Assembly (NCBI GenBank): GCA_036160175.1
Contig: JAYYEE010000118.1
Location: forward strand, 1 to 50,928
DNA from: Planctomycetota bacterium
GTDB lineage: Bacteria; Planctomycetota; UBA1135; UBA2386
Direction of reading: 5' to 3'
DNA length: 50,928 nt
Part shown: positions 35,527-44,026 of the stretch, piece after piece
Layout of the letters: each line of letters begins with the position of its first letter
How positions within the stretch are numbered: the stretch's first letter is position 1
The notes under the pieces: model-generated
The model's input: only the letters and a program-made list of their open reading frames with translations
Databases searched by the model: none
Told to the model about the DNA's origin: nothing
Position numbers and translations under genes: made by a program

Positions 35527-36740
35527 GCGCATCCCCGACCACGCGCGCGCTGATCGGCTGCGTACTGGTGTGCGCGACGTTGAGCGGCCAGGCGAGGGGC
35601 GTCGTGCGCACGATCGACGGCCGCGCGCTGACCGGCGCATTGACCGTGTCCGATGGCGGTCGCGCGGAGGTGATGACCGAGGGTGGCAAGGTCGAGGTCG
35701 GGGTCGCGGACCTCGTCGCGTTCGAGCCTGAGGGTCAGGCAGCTCGGACCGTGCGCACAGAGCACCAGGTCTGGCTTCGTTCTGGCGCGGTCCTGCCGGC
35801 GAAGAAGATCTCTGGCCGCGCCAGCGCGGACTCCAAGCCATCGGTGCTGCTTGTCACGCTGCCTTGCGGCGAGGTCTTGGAGCTGCCGATCGGTACGCTG
35901 CGCGCGATTCGTCATGGCGGGCTGATGCGCCCGAAGCCAGCGCTCTTCGACCAAGACCTCGCAGCGCCCCCGGCCAACGAAGACGTCATCTACGTCGTCG
36001 GCGATGGCAAAGCGCAGCGTTCTATGGTGACGCTCACAGCGGTCCGCGCGGACGCGGTCGACTTCTTGCTACGTGGCGAAGAATATGAGTTCGGCCTCGA
36101 GGGGTTCGCCGGCGTCGTCTTCGGGCAGAACACGGGCTTCGCCCCCGATCGCCAGGGGCGTCCACGCACGGTGGTCACGTTGACGACGGGCGAACGCATT
36201 GAAGGTCGGCTCTTGAGCCTCGAAGCCCGGCTGCGCTGCCGGCTTGACGAGGGATGCGTCCTCGACGTCCCCGTCAGCCGCCTGCATAAGCTGGAGGTCT
36301 CGAGCGACAAGCTCGTCTGGCTCACAGACTTGACCCCAGCGGTCGAGCAGACCCCCGCGTTCGATCGAACGTGGCCATGGCACAACAACCGCTCGGCGGC
36401 CGGCCCTGGTTTTGTGTTGGCGGGGCGGCGCTATGACCGCGGCGTTGGCCTCGTGCCGCGCACGCGGCTCACCTACACGCTGGACGGCCGCTTCGACGTC
36501 TTCGAGGCGGCCATCGGCATCGACGACCGGGGCGGCCCGGCGGCCCACGCGGTCTTTCGGGTCTACGTCGACGGCGTGAAGACGTTCGAGTCTGAGCCGA
36601 TGAGGCTCGAGCAGCCGCCGCAGGAGCTGCGCGTCGCGCTGAACAAGGCAAAGACGCTGACCATCGAGGTCGACTTCGGAAAGAACTACGACCTCGGCGA
36701 CTTCTGCGCGTTCGCCGATGCGCGTGTCGTGCAGCGGTAG
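35523..36740 (+). CDS. Exported protein with C-terminal NPCBM-like (carbohydrate-binding-module-like) domain
   Basis: GTGA overlap with the upstream stop. Signal peptide. The C-terminal GPGFVLAGRRYDRGVGLVPRTRLTYTLDGRFDVFEAAIGIDDRGG...VFRVYVDGVKTFES...LTIEVDFGKNYDLGDFCAFADARV has the NPCBM/NEW2 pattern (G..Y..GlG.h..s...y.l.g.f..F....GiDd). Confidence 0.7.
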   Translation: MSASPTTRALIGCVLVCATLSGQARGVVRTIDGRALTGALTVSDGGRAEVMTEGGKVEVGVADLVAFEPEGQAARTVRTEHQVWLRSGAVLPAKKISGRASADSKPSVLLVTLPCGEVLELPIGTLRAIRHGGLMRPKPALFDQDLAAPPANEDVIYVVGDGKAQRSMVTLTAVRADAVDFLLRGEEYEFGLEGFAGVVFGQNTGFAPDRQGRPRTVVTLTTGERIEGRLLSLEARLRCRLDEGCVLDVPVSRLHKLEVSSDKLVWLTDLTPAVEQTPAFDRTWPWHNNRSAAGPGFVLAGRRYDRGVGLVPRTRLTYTLDGRFDVFEAAIGIDDRGGPAAHAVFRVYVDGVKTFESEPMRLEQPPQELRVALNKAKTLTIEVDFGKNYDLGDFCAFADARVVQR

Positions 36741-36770
36741 TCTGCGACGCAGCCTCGCCCCACCCACCTC

Positions 36771-38594
36771 ATGACCTTGCTCGCTGCGATGATCTGCTGC
36801 TCGATGCAGGACCCTGCCGCGGCGGTCGCCGCTGCGGAGGCGCGCCGCGTCGCGGTGATCGAGCGTTGCTCGCGGGCCGTGTGCTCCGTGATGTCGATGG
36901 ACGCGCCCGGCGGCGGCAGCGGCGTCATCTTCGACCCAGCTGGCTTGGTGCTGACGAACTATCACGTCGTCGGGGAGCCGGACAAGGACTACCGACCGCC
37001 CGAGCCGCCGGAGCCGCCCGCGTCGGTGCTCGCCGACTTGCGCGCCGGCTACGACCCCGAGACCGCGGACGCCGGCAAGCAGTGGAACGAGGCGGTCGCG
37101 ATCCAGCAGTGGCAGGAGCGCTGGCGCCGCGAGCACCTGCCTGCGGGCAAGGCGCACTACAAGAACAAGAAGATCGGGCTCCCGGACGGAAGGCTCTACG
37201 AGGGCGTCGTGCTCGGGATCGACCCCGGTAGTGACCTCGCCGTGATCCGCATGCTCCCCAAGGAGAGCGGCCAGACGTGGCCCTACTGCGACCTCGGGGA
37301 CAGCGACGAAGTGTTGGTCGGCGAGACGGTGTTCGCGATGGGCAACCCGTTCCTGCTCGCGACGGACTTCAAGCCGACCGTGACGTTCGGCATCGTCTCG
37401 GGCACCCACCGATACCAGGAGGGCCAAGGCGGCCGCATGCTCGTCTACCCGGACTGCATCCAGGTGGACGCGCCCGTGAACCCGGGCAACTCCGGCGGCC
37501 CGCTGTTCAACGAGCGCGGCGAGGTCATCGGCATCAACGGCCGCATCTCGATCGGCGACCGCGGCCGCGTCAACGTCGGCGTCGGCTTCGCGATCGCGTC
37601 GAACCAGATCCGCAACTTCCTCGGTGAGCTAGTCGCGGGTCGCCACGCAGAGCACGGCACGCTCGACATGAGCGCGTGGTTCATGACCTCGCGTGAGGGC
37701 AAGGAGAAGCGCCGCGGCGTCTTCGTCCAGCAGATGTTTCAGGACTCGGTGACCGCCGCCGCCGGCGTCGGGCTCGGGGACGAGATCACCCGCTTCAACG
37801 GCGTCGACGTGCGCTCAGCCAACCAGCTCGCGACGATGGTCGGCGTCCTGCCTGCAGGGACCTGGGTGACGCTGCGACACCGCCCGCTGCTCGAGGACGG
37901 CGGGTTCGGCGACGAGCGGGAGGTCACGGTCCAGTTGGCCACGCTCGACACCGGCTCCAGCCGCGACGGCACGGGCGACGACGCGCGGCTGGGCAGCCGC
38001 GTCGACCGGCGGATCGTCACCGATCAGCTGGTCGACGCCTGGGCGGCGCAGCCTGCAGCGGCCGAAGAAGGGCCGGTGGTCAAGTGGTCGCGGCGCGGCC
38101 CGACCGGCGACACGTTCGGGCTCATGGCCTTCGGCGACCGCGTGGTCCTTGACGTCGCCGGCGTGTCCTACGCGCGCCTTGGAGACGGCGCCGCCCTCGT
38201 CTTCGTCCCCGGCGAAGACGCCAGCGGCGGCGTCGTCGAGATGACCGTCGACGAGCGCGAAGGCATGCGCCGCGAGCTCGCCGCCAACCCGATGCTCTGG
38301 CGCCGCAGCGAGCTGCGCGAGCGGCTGAAGGGCGCGTTGCTGATCGGCGGCGTGCACGTGCTCGGCCGGCCTGGCTACCGCTTCGCGATCCCTGGCGCGG
38401 GCGACTGCGAGGCGTGGTTCCTGCTCGACGGCACCCCGGCGGGCTACGCCTACCGAGACCCGATGCGTAAGGCGCACGTCGCCTACCACGTGCGCGGCGA
38501 GCAGCTGCGGGTCGTCGTGGACGGTGCGCTCGAGCCCGGCTGGACGGCCGGCGCGCGGGAGTTCGGTGAGTTCGATCAGCAGGGAGGAAAGTGA
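36771..38594 (+). CDS. S1C (HtrA/DegP-like) serine protease with PDZ domain and about 200-aa C-terminal extension; catalytic triad intact
   Basis: His context GLVLTNYHVV, Asp context SDLAVIRM, Ser context PVNPGNSGGPLFNERGEVIGING. PDZ-like GVFVQQMFQDSVTAAAGVGLGDEITRFNG. An insertion of about 60 aa lies between His and Asp. Confidence 0.85.
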   Translation: MTLLAAMICCSMQDPAAAVAAAEARRVAVIERCSRAVCSVMSMDAPGGGSGVIFDPAGLVLTNYHVVGEPDKDYRPPEPPEPPASVLADLRAGYDPETADAGKQWNEAVAIQQWQERWRREHLPAGKAHYKNKKIGLPDGRLYEGVVLGIDPGSDLAVIRMLPKESGQTWPYCDLGDSDEVLVGETVFAMGNPFLLATDFKPTVTFGIVSGTHRYQEGQGGRMLVYPDCIQVDAPVNPGNSGGPLFNERGEVIGINGRISIGDRGRVNVGVGFAIASNQIRNFLGELVAGRHAEHGTLDMSAWFMTSREGKEKRRGVFVQQMFQDSVTAAAGVGLGDEITRFNGVDVRSANQLATMVGVLPAGTWVTLRHRPLLEDGGFGDEREVTVQLATLDTGSSRDGTGDDARLGSRVDRRIVTDQLVDAWAAQPAAAEEGPVVKWSRRGPTGDTFGLMAFGDRVVLDVAGVSYARLGDGAALVFVPGEDASGGVVEMTVDEREGMRRELAANPMLWRRSELRERLKGALLIGGVHVLGRPGYRFAIPGAGDCEAWFLLDGTPAGYAYRDPMRKAHVAYHVRGEQLRVVVDGALEPGWTAGAREFGEFDQQGGK

Positions 38595-39658
38595 TGCGCG
38601 CGTTGCTGTTCGCGCTCTCGCTGGCGCTCGCGCTGCCCTCGCAGGGCGAAGCCGCGCCGCGCGCGATCGACTATGGCGAAGCGTACTCGTTCGACGAGCG
38701 CGCGCCCAAGACGCGAGTCGAGCAGACCATCGACAAGCTGCTCCCCAGCGTGGTCAAGGTCTTCGGCGCGTCGGGCCTCGCGACGATCAAGCCCTACGCT
38801 ACCGGCGTGATCGTGAGTGATCGCGGCCACATCCTGACGCTGGACCAAGTCCTGCTGCAGAAGGGCCGCACGCGCGTCGTGCTCTACGACGGCTCGGTGC
38901 ATCCAGCGACCCTCTACGCCGCCGACGAGAAGCTCGGCGTGCGCATCCTCAAGATCAGCGCAGAGGACGTCGACGGCCCGCTCCAGCCGCTGTGGCCCCC
39001 GAGCGCGGAGACCGCTCGGCGCCGCAACGGCCAGTTCGTCGTCAGCTTGGGCAACTGCTTCCGGCTCGCAGAGTTCTCTGAGAAGGTCAGCGCGACCTTC
39101 GGCGTCGTCGTCGGGACGGCGAACACGGCGCTGCGCTACCGGATGGCCGACGTGAAGTACGACGGCGACATCATCCTGACCGACGCGTGCAACAACCCGG
39201 GCCACTACGGCGGCGGACTGTTCACGCTCGACGGCCGCTGGATCGGGCTCAACATGCGCCTGCTCGACAGCAAGGAGACCAACACGATGCTGTCGGCGGC
39301 GATCCCGTCGCGCGACCTGCTGCCCTACCTTGAGGAGATGGTGCTCGGCAAGGCGCGCGTCGAGGTCGAGGTCGCCAACGTCCCGGTCTGGACCGGGGTC
39401 AAGCTGTTCGAGTCCGCGGGCCGCAAGTCCCCGCCGGCGTACGTCGAGCGCGTCAAGCGAGGATCGCCTGCGCGCGCGCTCGGCTTGCGCATCGACGACC
39501 TCATCGTGCGCATCGACGACTTCTCGGTCCGCAGCTGCACGGAGTTTCGGCGCGTGCTCGAGAAGTACAAGCCGGGCGACACGGTCAAGGTCATGTGGAA
39601 GCGCGGCGCCCGCGTGATGACGGGCGAGATGACCCTCGCAGAGGAGCCGAAGAAGTGA
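38591..39658 (+). CDS. S1C-like/PDZ protein with all three catalytic positions substituted (pseudoprotease)
   Basis: GTGA overlap. Signal peptide MMRALLFALSLALALPSQG. Fold-defining blocks are kept, but the His site reads HILTLDQVLL (Gln), the Asp site EKLGVRILKI, and the Ser site CNNPGHYGGGLFTLDGRWIGLN (Tyr). C-terminal PDZ-like RGSPARALGLRIDDLIVRIDD. Confidence 0.75.
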   Translation: MMRALLFALSLALALPSQGEAAPRAIDYGEAYSFDERAPKTRVEQTIDKLLPSVVKVFGASGLATIKPYATGVIVSDRGHILTLDQVLLQKGRTRVVLYDGSVHPATLYAADEKLGVRILKISAEDVDGPLQPLWPPSAETARRRNGQFVVSLGNCFRLAEFSEKVSATFGVVVGTANTALRYRMADVKYDGDIILTDACNNPGHYGGGLFTLDGRWIGLNMRLLDSKETNTMLSAAIPSRDLLPYLEEMVLGKARVEVEVANVPVWTGVKLFESAGRKSPPAYVERVKRGSPARALGLRIDDLIVRIDDFSVRSCTEFRRVLEKYKPGDTVKVMWKRGARVMTGEMTLAEEPKK

Positions 39659-40845
39659 GGGTCGTCGCGCTGATCGTAGCGAGCGCGTTGTCGCTGCCGC
39701 TCTGCGCCCAGCGCGACGACGAGTTCGTCCAGTTGGAGCCGGTGCTGCAGGCCGCGCTGAAGAAGGCTGGCCCGTTCGTGGTCACCGTCGAGACCTTCGG
39801 CGGGACGCGGCGCCTGATGGGCAAAGAAGGACCGATGGATGGCCCGGCGCCGCCGCGGCCGCGGCCGAAGCCCAAACCGAAGAAGAAGGACCCCGACGAC
39901 GAAGACGGCGAGCGCAAGAAGCCCAAGCTCCCGCTGGTCGCCGGCGGGTTCCAGCAGGCGCAGGGTAAGACGTCGGGCGTCGTCCTGACGTCGGACGGGT
40001 GGATCCTGATCTCGCGGTTCGCGCTCAACCTCGACCCGACGACGGTCCTGGTCACGGTGCCGGGCAAGGGCACGTTCACCGCGCAGCGCGCCGGCGAGGA
40101 CACGAGCCGCGGCGTCGCGCTGGTCAAGATCGACGCTGAGGGGCTGACGGTGCCGACCTTCGTGCCGCCACGAGACGTGCGGGTGGGCCAGTGGGCGTTC
40201 GCGCTCGGCCGGACGTTCGCGCAGGAGGAGCCGACCGTGCACCTGGGCATCGTCAGCGCCAAGGACCGGATCTACGGTCGCGCGCTGCAGGTCGACGCCT
40301 ACACGTCGCCCGCGAACTACGGCGGCGCGGTCGTCGACATCTACGGCCGCGTGCTCGGCGTCGCGGTGCCGCTCTCGCCTTCAGGTCGGAACGCGGGCGT
40401 CGAGTGGTACGACTCGGGGATCGGCTTCGCCACCACGATCGCGGACATCGCGCCGCTGCTCGAGCGCATGAAGGCCGGCCAAATCCTGCAGCGGGCGTGG
40501 CTCGGCGTGCAGCTGTCTTCCAAGCACCTCGGTCCGGGCGCGAAGGTCACGGGTACGCCCAAGGACGGCGCCGCCGCCAAGGCCGGCGTGCGCAAGGGCG
40601 ACGTCATCATGAAGGTCGACGGCGTCGACGTGCTCAACGGCCCCCACTTCCAGATGCTGGTCAGCTCGCGCCTCGGCGGCGACACCTGCACGTTGCTGGT
40701 GAAGCACCGCCGGACCGACGAGCTGCGCGAGGTCGGGCCCGTCACGCTGAAGAACGCGCCCTGGTCCGAGCAGACCAAGGGCGAAGAGTCGCTGCCGGCT
40801 TCGTTCTCGTTGCCTGAAGCCGAAGGCGGCGGCGACAAGCGCTGA
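39655..40845 (+). CDS. S1C-like/PDZ protein with substituted catalytic positions and Pro/Lys-rich insert (pseudoprotease)
   Basis: GTGA overlap. Signal VRVVALIVASALSLPLCAQ. The His site reads GWILISRFAL (Phe), the Asp site SRGVALVKID, and the Ser site YTSPANYGGAVVDIYGRVLGVAV (Tyr). Insert PAPPRPRPKPKPKKKDPDDEDGERKKPK. PDZ-like GAAAKAGVRKGDVIMKVDG. Confidence 0.75.
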   Translation: MRVVALIVASALSLPLCAQRDDEFVQLEPVLQAALKKAGPFVVTVETFGGTRRLMGKEGPMDGPAPPRPRPKPKPKKKDPDDEDGERKKPKLPLVAGGFQQAQGKTSGVVLTSDGWILISRFALNLDPTTVLVTVPGKGTFTAQRAGEDTSRGVALVKIDAEGLTVPTFVPPRDVRVGQWAFALGRTFAQEEPTVHLGIVSAKDRIYGRALQVDAYTSPANYGGAVVDIYGRVLGVAVPLSPSGRNAGVEWYDSGIGFATTIADIAPLLERMKAGQILQRAWLGVQLSSKHLGPGAKVTGTPKDGAAAKAGVRKGDVIMKVDGVDVLNGPHFQMLVSSRLGGDTCTLLVKHRRTDELREVGPVTLKNAPWSEQTKGEESLPASFSLPEAEGGGDKR

Positions 40846-40851
40846 GTTCGG

Positions 40852-41181
40852 CTAGTTGAGCGGGATCGGGATCCAGAGCAGGTGCAGGTAGTCGGCGCCG
40901 TCGCCGCTCTCGGGCTCGGTCTGGCGGTCTCGGTGGTAGAGCTCGGCGTTGCTGGTCGTGGTGGCGACCAGCGGCGCGAAGCAGATGGGCAGGCAGGCAA
41001 ACTCCTGCTCGAACTCGTCGGTGCCGCTGGTGTGCGTCGGCTTCGCGCTCGTCTTGAGGTAGTCGAGGTCGATATCGCAGAGGTCACCTTCGACATGGAG
41101 CGAGCGAGCGCGGCCGCCCGCGCACGACGCCAACAGGCAGCACAGCGAGAGGAGGAGAGTGGCGGAGGTCTTCATGGTCAT
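40852..41181 (-). CDS. Small lipoprotein, unknown family (short paralog; C-terminal LHLLWIPIPLN)
   Basis: MTMKTSATLLLSLCCLLASCAGG has a good lipobox (LLASC). Three blocks are shared with the neighbouring 41297-41929 product. Confidence 0.65.
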   Translation of the reverse strand: MTMKTSATLLLSLCCLLASCAGGRARSLHVEGDLCDIDLDYLKTSAKPTHTSGTDEFEQEFACLPICFAPLVATTTSNAELYHRDRQTEPESGDGADYLHLLWIPIPLN

Positions 41182-41261
41182 CAGGCAGGTTGGCGCCGCC
41201 TAAGAGGGCGGCGGGTAATGGATTCACACCCTGCCTATGCACGACGCCCGCTCGCTGTGAC

Positions 41262-41293
41262 GTGCCCTCGGGATTATTTCTCGCCGAGGGCGC
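41262..41293 (-). terminator. Hairpin just downstream of the 41297-41929 gene
   Basis: About 10-bp stem (core CCCTCGG / CCGAGGG perfect) with a 12-nt A/T-rich loop, starting 4 nt after the stop codon. There is no obvious U-tract. Confidence 0.3.
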
Positions 41294-41296
41294 CTG

Positions 41297-41929
41297 CTAC
41301 CAGATCGGGATCGGCAGCCAGAGCAGGTGGAGCGTGCTCTGGTGCTCGTCGCCCGTGTAGCCGAGCAGCCCCCTTAGGAACTTGGCGCTGCGGTGGTTGG
41401 CCAGCCCAGGCGAGTCTCCCGAGCGCTCGTAAGAGAAGACGAGCCCCCAGCCGACGCCGAAGGAAGACTGCCAGCGAACGAGCGCGCCGTCGGGGTCCCA
41501 GCTGCCGATCCGCTGGTTGTAGAGCGCGGCGCCCAAGGCGACGGCCCCGCCGCTCCGGTGCTCGTAGCCGCTGATCGGCGCGAGGGCCTCCTCCTCTTCG
41601 TTGAGCTGCACCTCCCCGCGGTGCAGGGAAGTCGACGTGTCGAAGCTGGCGGTGGCCAGCGGCGCGAAGCCGAATGGCAGGCCCGAGATCCGCCCCTCGA
41701 TGGTCTCAGTGTTCTCCGCAGAGAGCGGCTCTGCCTGCTGCTTGAGGTGATGGAGGTCGAGGCCGCTCAGGTGCTGCTGCGTGTCGATCTCTCGCGCGCT
41801 GCCGACCGTGCAGGAGGGCAACGTGAAGGCGCAGGCGAGCGCGAGCGCGGTAGCGGCGCGCAGCGTCCGCGAGGCGGGCGCGGACGGGGCGTTGTCGTGG
41901 GGTTGTGAGCTTGGAGCGTGGGGATTCAT
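41297..41929 (-). CDS. Lipoprotein, unknown family (long paralog; C-terminal LHLLWLPIPIW)
   Basis: 210-aa ORF. ...AATALALACAFTLPSCTVGS is a signal with Cys. It shares the blocks DL(D/H)xLK, LP(I/F)xFAPL and LHLLW(I/L)PIP with the 40852-41181 product. Confidence 0.65.
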   Translation of the reverse strand: MNPHAPSSQPHDNAPSAPASRTLRAATALALACAFTLPSCTVGSAREIDTQQHLSGLDLHHLKQQAEPLSAENTETIEGRISGLPFGFAPLATASFDTSTSLHRGEVQLNEEEEALAPISGYEHRSGGAVALGAALYNQRIGSWDPDGALVRWQSSFGVGWGLVFSYERSGDSPGLANHRSAKFLRGLLGYTGDEHQSTLHLLWLPIPIW

Positions 41930-42181
41930 GGTCGTACCGGATTCTAGGGCGGATCGCCTGCGCGCGGCATGGCCGCAGCGGAACTGGCGTCATTAGCGGG
42001 CCTTCCGAGTTCCCGTTGCATCAAAGCGCTAGGAAATCCGATCACCACAGGCGTTATTCCCGGGCGCGGCTTTTGGTTGCGGGTCCGCGAGGTCTAGTCA
42101 TGATGACGCCGTGCATGTCCAAACGACCGTGCTCTCATCTGCTGGGCAGTCTCTGTTCTCAGCGAGGCAGGAGCTACCCGC

Positions 42182-44026
42182 ATGAGTAGCAAGGCTGACT
42201 GCTTGATCGTCGGCGGCGGCCCCGCTGGCCTCACCACCGCATACGAGCTTGGTAAGTACGGCAAGTCGTCGCTCGTCCTCGAAGGGGGCGACGACGTCGG
42301 CGGGCTGTCCAAGACCTGCGAATACAAGGGCTACCGGTTCGACATCGGCGGCCACCGCTTCTTCACCAAGGTCGACTACGTCCAAGAGCTCTGGCTCGAG
42401 ATCCTCGGCGACGAGTTCCTGAGCCGGCCTCGCCTGTCTCGCATCTTCTACCGCGGGAAGATGTTCGACTACCCGCTCAAGCCGCTCAACGCGCTGCGGG
42501 GGCTCGGCTTGTTCGAGTCGTTCCGCATCGGCATGAGCTACCTGCGGGCGTCCTTCTTCCCGTCGCGAGAAGAGCGGAACTTCGAGCAGTGGGTCTCGAA
42601 CCGCTTCGGTAAGCGGTTGTTCCAGATCTTCTTCAAGACCTACACCGAGAAGGTCTGGGGCATTCCGTGCGATCAAATCAGCGCGGAGTGGGCCGCGCAG
42701 CGGATCAAGAACCTCGACCTGCGCGCTGCGGTCATCAACGCGTTCCTCGGGGCCCGCAAGAAGGGCGGCAAGGAGGTGATCACGACGCTGATCGAGCGCT
42801 TCCAGTACCCGCGCTTTGGTCCAGGTCAGATGTGGCGTGCTTGCGCAGACAAGCTGCGCGCGCAGGGCAACTCGGTCGAGCTTGGCGCGATGGTCACGCG
42901 CCTGCGGCATGATGGAACGCGCGTGCTCTCCGCGACGGTGACGCGCAAGGACGGCAGCCAGGAAGAGGTCGAGGCCCCGAACTTCGTCTCGACGATGCCG
43001 GTGCGCGACCTGCTGCGCGCGCTGGATCCGCCGCCGCCGCCGGAGATCATCGCGGCCAACGACCGCCTCCGGTACCGCGACTTCCTGACGGTCGCGGTGA
43101 TCGTTGACGCCGCCGAGTTGTTCCCGGACAACTGGATCTATATCCACGCCCCTGACGTCAAGGTCGGCCGCATCCAGAACTACAAGAACTGGAGCCCGGA
43201 CATGGTGCCGGACCAGAGCAAGACGGCGCTCGGTCTCGAGTATTTCGTCCAGGAGGGCGATGACCTCTGGACGATGTCGGACGAAGACCTCGTCGCTCTC
43301 GCGACCAAGGAGTGCGAGCAGCTCAAGCTCATCCCCGCGGGGACGGTCGAAGGCGGTTGCGTGATCCGCGAGAAGAAGGCCTACCCGGTCTACGACGACG
43401 TCTACAAGGAGGCGCTCGAGGAGCTCCGCGCGTATCTCGGCAAGCTCGAGAACCTGCAGCTGGTCGGTCGAAACGGCCAGCACCGCTACAACAACCAGGA
43501 CCACTCGATGATGTCTGGCGTGCTCGCGGCGAGGAACATCGCCGGCGAGGAGCACGACGTCTGGGCTGTGAACGTCGAGCAGGACTACCACGAGGAGAAG
43601 CGGACGGAGCAAGGCAGTGGCGCCACGGGTGAGCGCCTAGTCCCGGGCCGCGTCAGCGAGCGCGAGATCGACGAGGTGCTCGACGCCACCTTCGCGCGCC
43701 ACGACCCTGTCGCCCTCGGCGTCGCGGTCGCGGTGGTCGCCGGTGTCTGCCTGTTCCTCGCGACGGCGGTGTTGCTGCTGCGCGGCGGCGAAGGGGTCGG
43801 CCACAACCTCTCGGTTCTCGGCAACTACCTCTACGGATACAGCGTCAGCTGGACGGGAGCGGTGATCGGCTTCTTCGAGGCGGCGGCCGTGGGCTTCGCT
43901 CACGGGTGGCTGATCGGCAAGCTGGCGAACGCGATCGTCGGCCGGGAAGAGCGCCGCTTGAAGACCCTCATCGCCGCTGCGGCGGCGTCACCCGACTCTC
44001 TCGCCAGGGGAGACTCAGAGCGATGA
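42182..44026 (+). CDS. NAD(P)/FAD-dependent oxidoreductase (amine-oxidase/UDP-galactopyranose-mutase-like fold) fused to a C-terminal two-TM module
   Basis: The N-terminus DCLIVGGGPAGLTTAYELGKYG...VLEGGDDVGGLSKT...YRFDIGGHRFF has the Rossmann GxGxxG plus the conserved downstream motif. The last about 107 aa (from nt 43703) form two hydrophobic helices around LLLRGGEGVGHNLSVLGNYLYGYSVSWTGAV. Confidence 0.8.
   Translation: MSSKADCLIVGGGPAGLTTAYELGKYGKSSLVLEGGDDVGGLSKTCEYKGYRFDIGGHRFFTKVDYVQELWLEILGDEFLSRPRLSRIFYRGKMFDYPLKPLNALRGLGLFESFRIGMSYLRASFFPSREERNFEQWVSNRFGKRLFQIFFKTYTEKVWGIPCDQISAEWAAQRIKNLDLRAAVINAFLGARKKGGKEVITTLIERFQYPRFGPGQMWRACADKLRAQGNSVELGAMVTRLRHDGTRVLSATVTRKDGSQEEVEAPNFVSTMPVRDLLRALDPPPPPEIIAANDRLRYRDFLTVAVIVDAAELFPDNWIYIHAPDVKVGRIQNYKNWSPDMVPDQSKTALGLEYFVQEGDDLWTMSDEDLVALATKECEQLKLIPAGTVEGGCVIREKKAYPVYDDVYKEALEELRAYLGKLENLQLVGRNGQHRYNNQDHSMMSGVLAARNIAGEEHDVWAVNVEQDYHEEKRTEQGSGATGERLVPGRVSEREIDEVLDATFARHDPVALGVAVAVVAGVCLFLATAVLLLRGGEGVGHNLSVLGNYLYGYSVSWTGAVIGFFEAAAVGFAHGWLIGKLANAIVGREERRLKTLIAAAAASPDSLARGDSER

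Noticed and set aside
41930-42181. The 250-nt lower-GC leader upstream of the oxidoreductase gene as a possible riboswitch or sRNA, and the 94-aa ORF at 41905-42189.
   Set aside because: I recognised no known riboswitch consensus. The ORF translation is Arg/Ser/His-rich with no start context. This is most simply a promoter/5'-UTR region between divergent genes.
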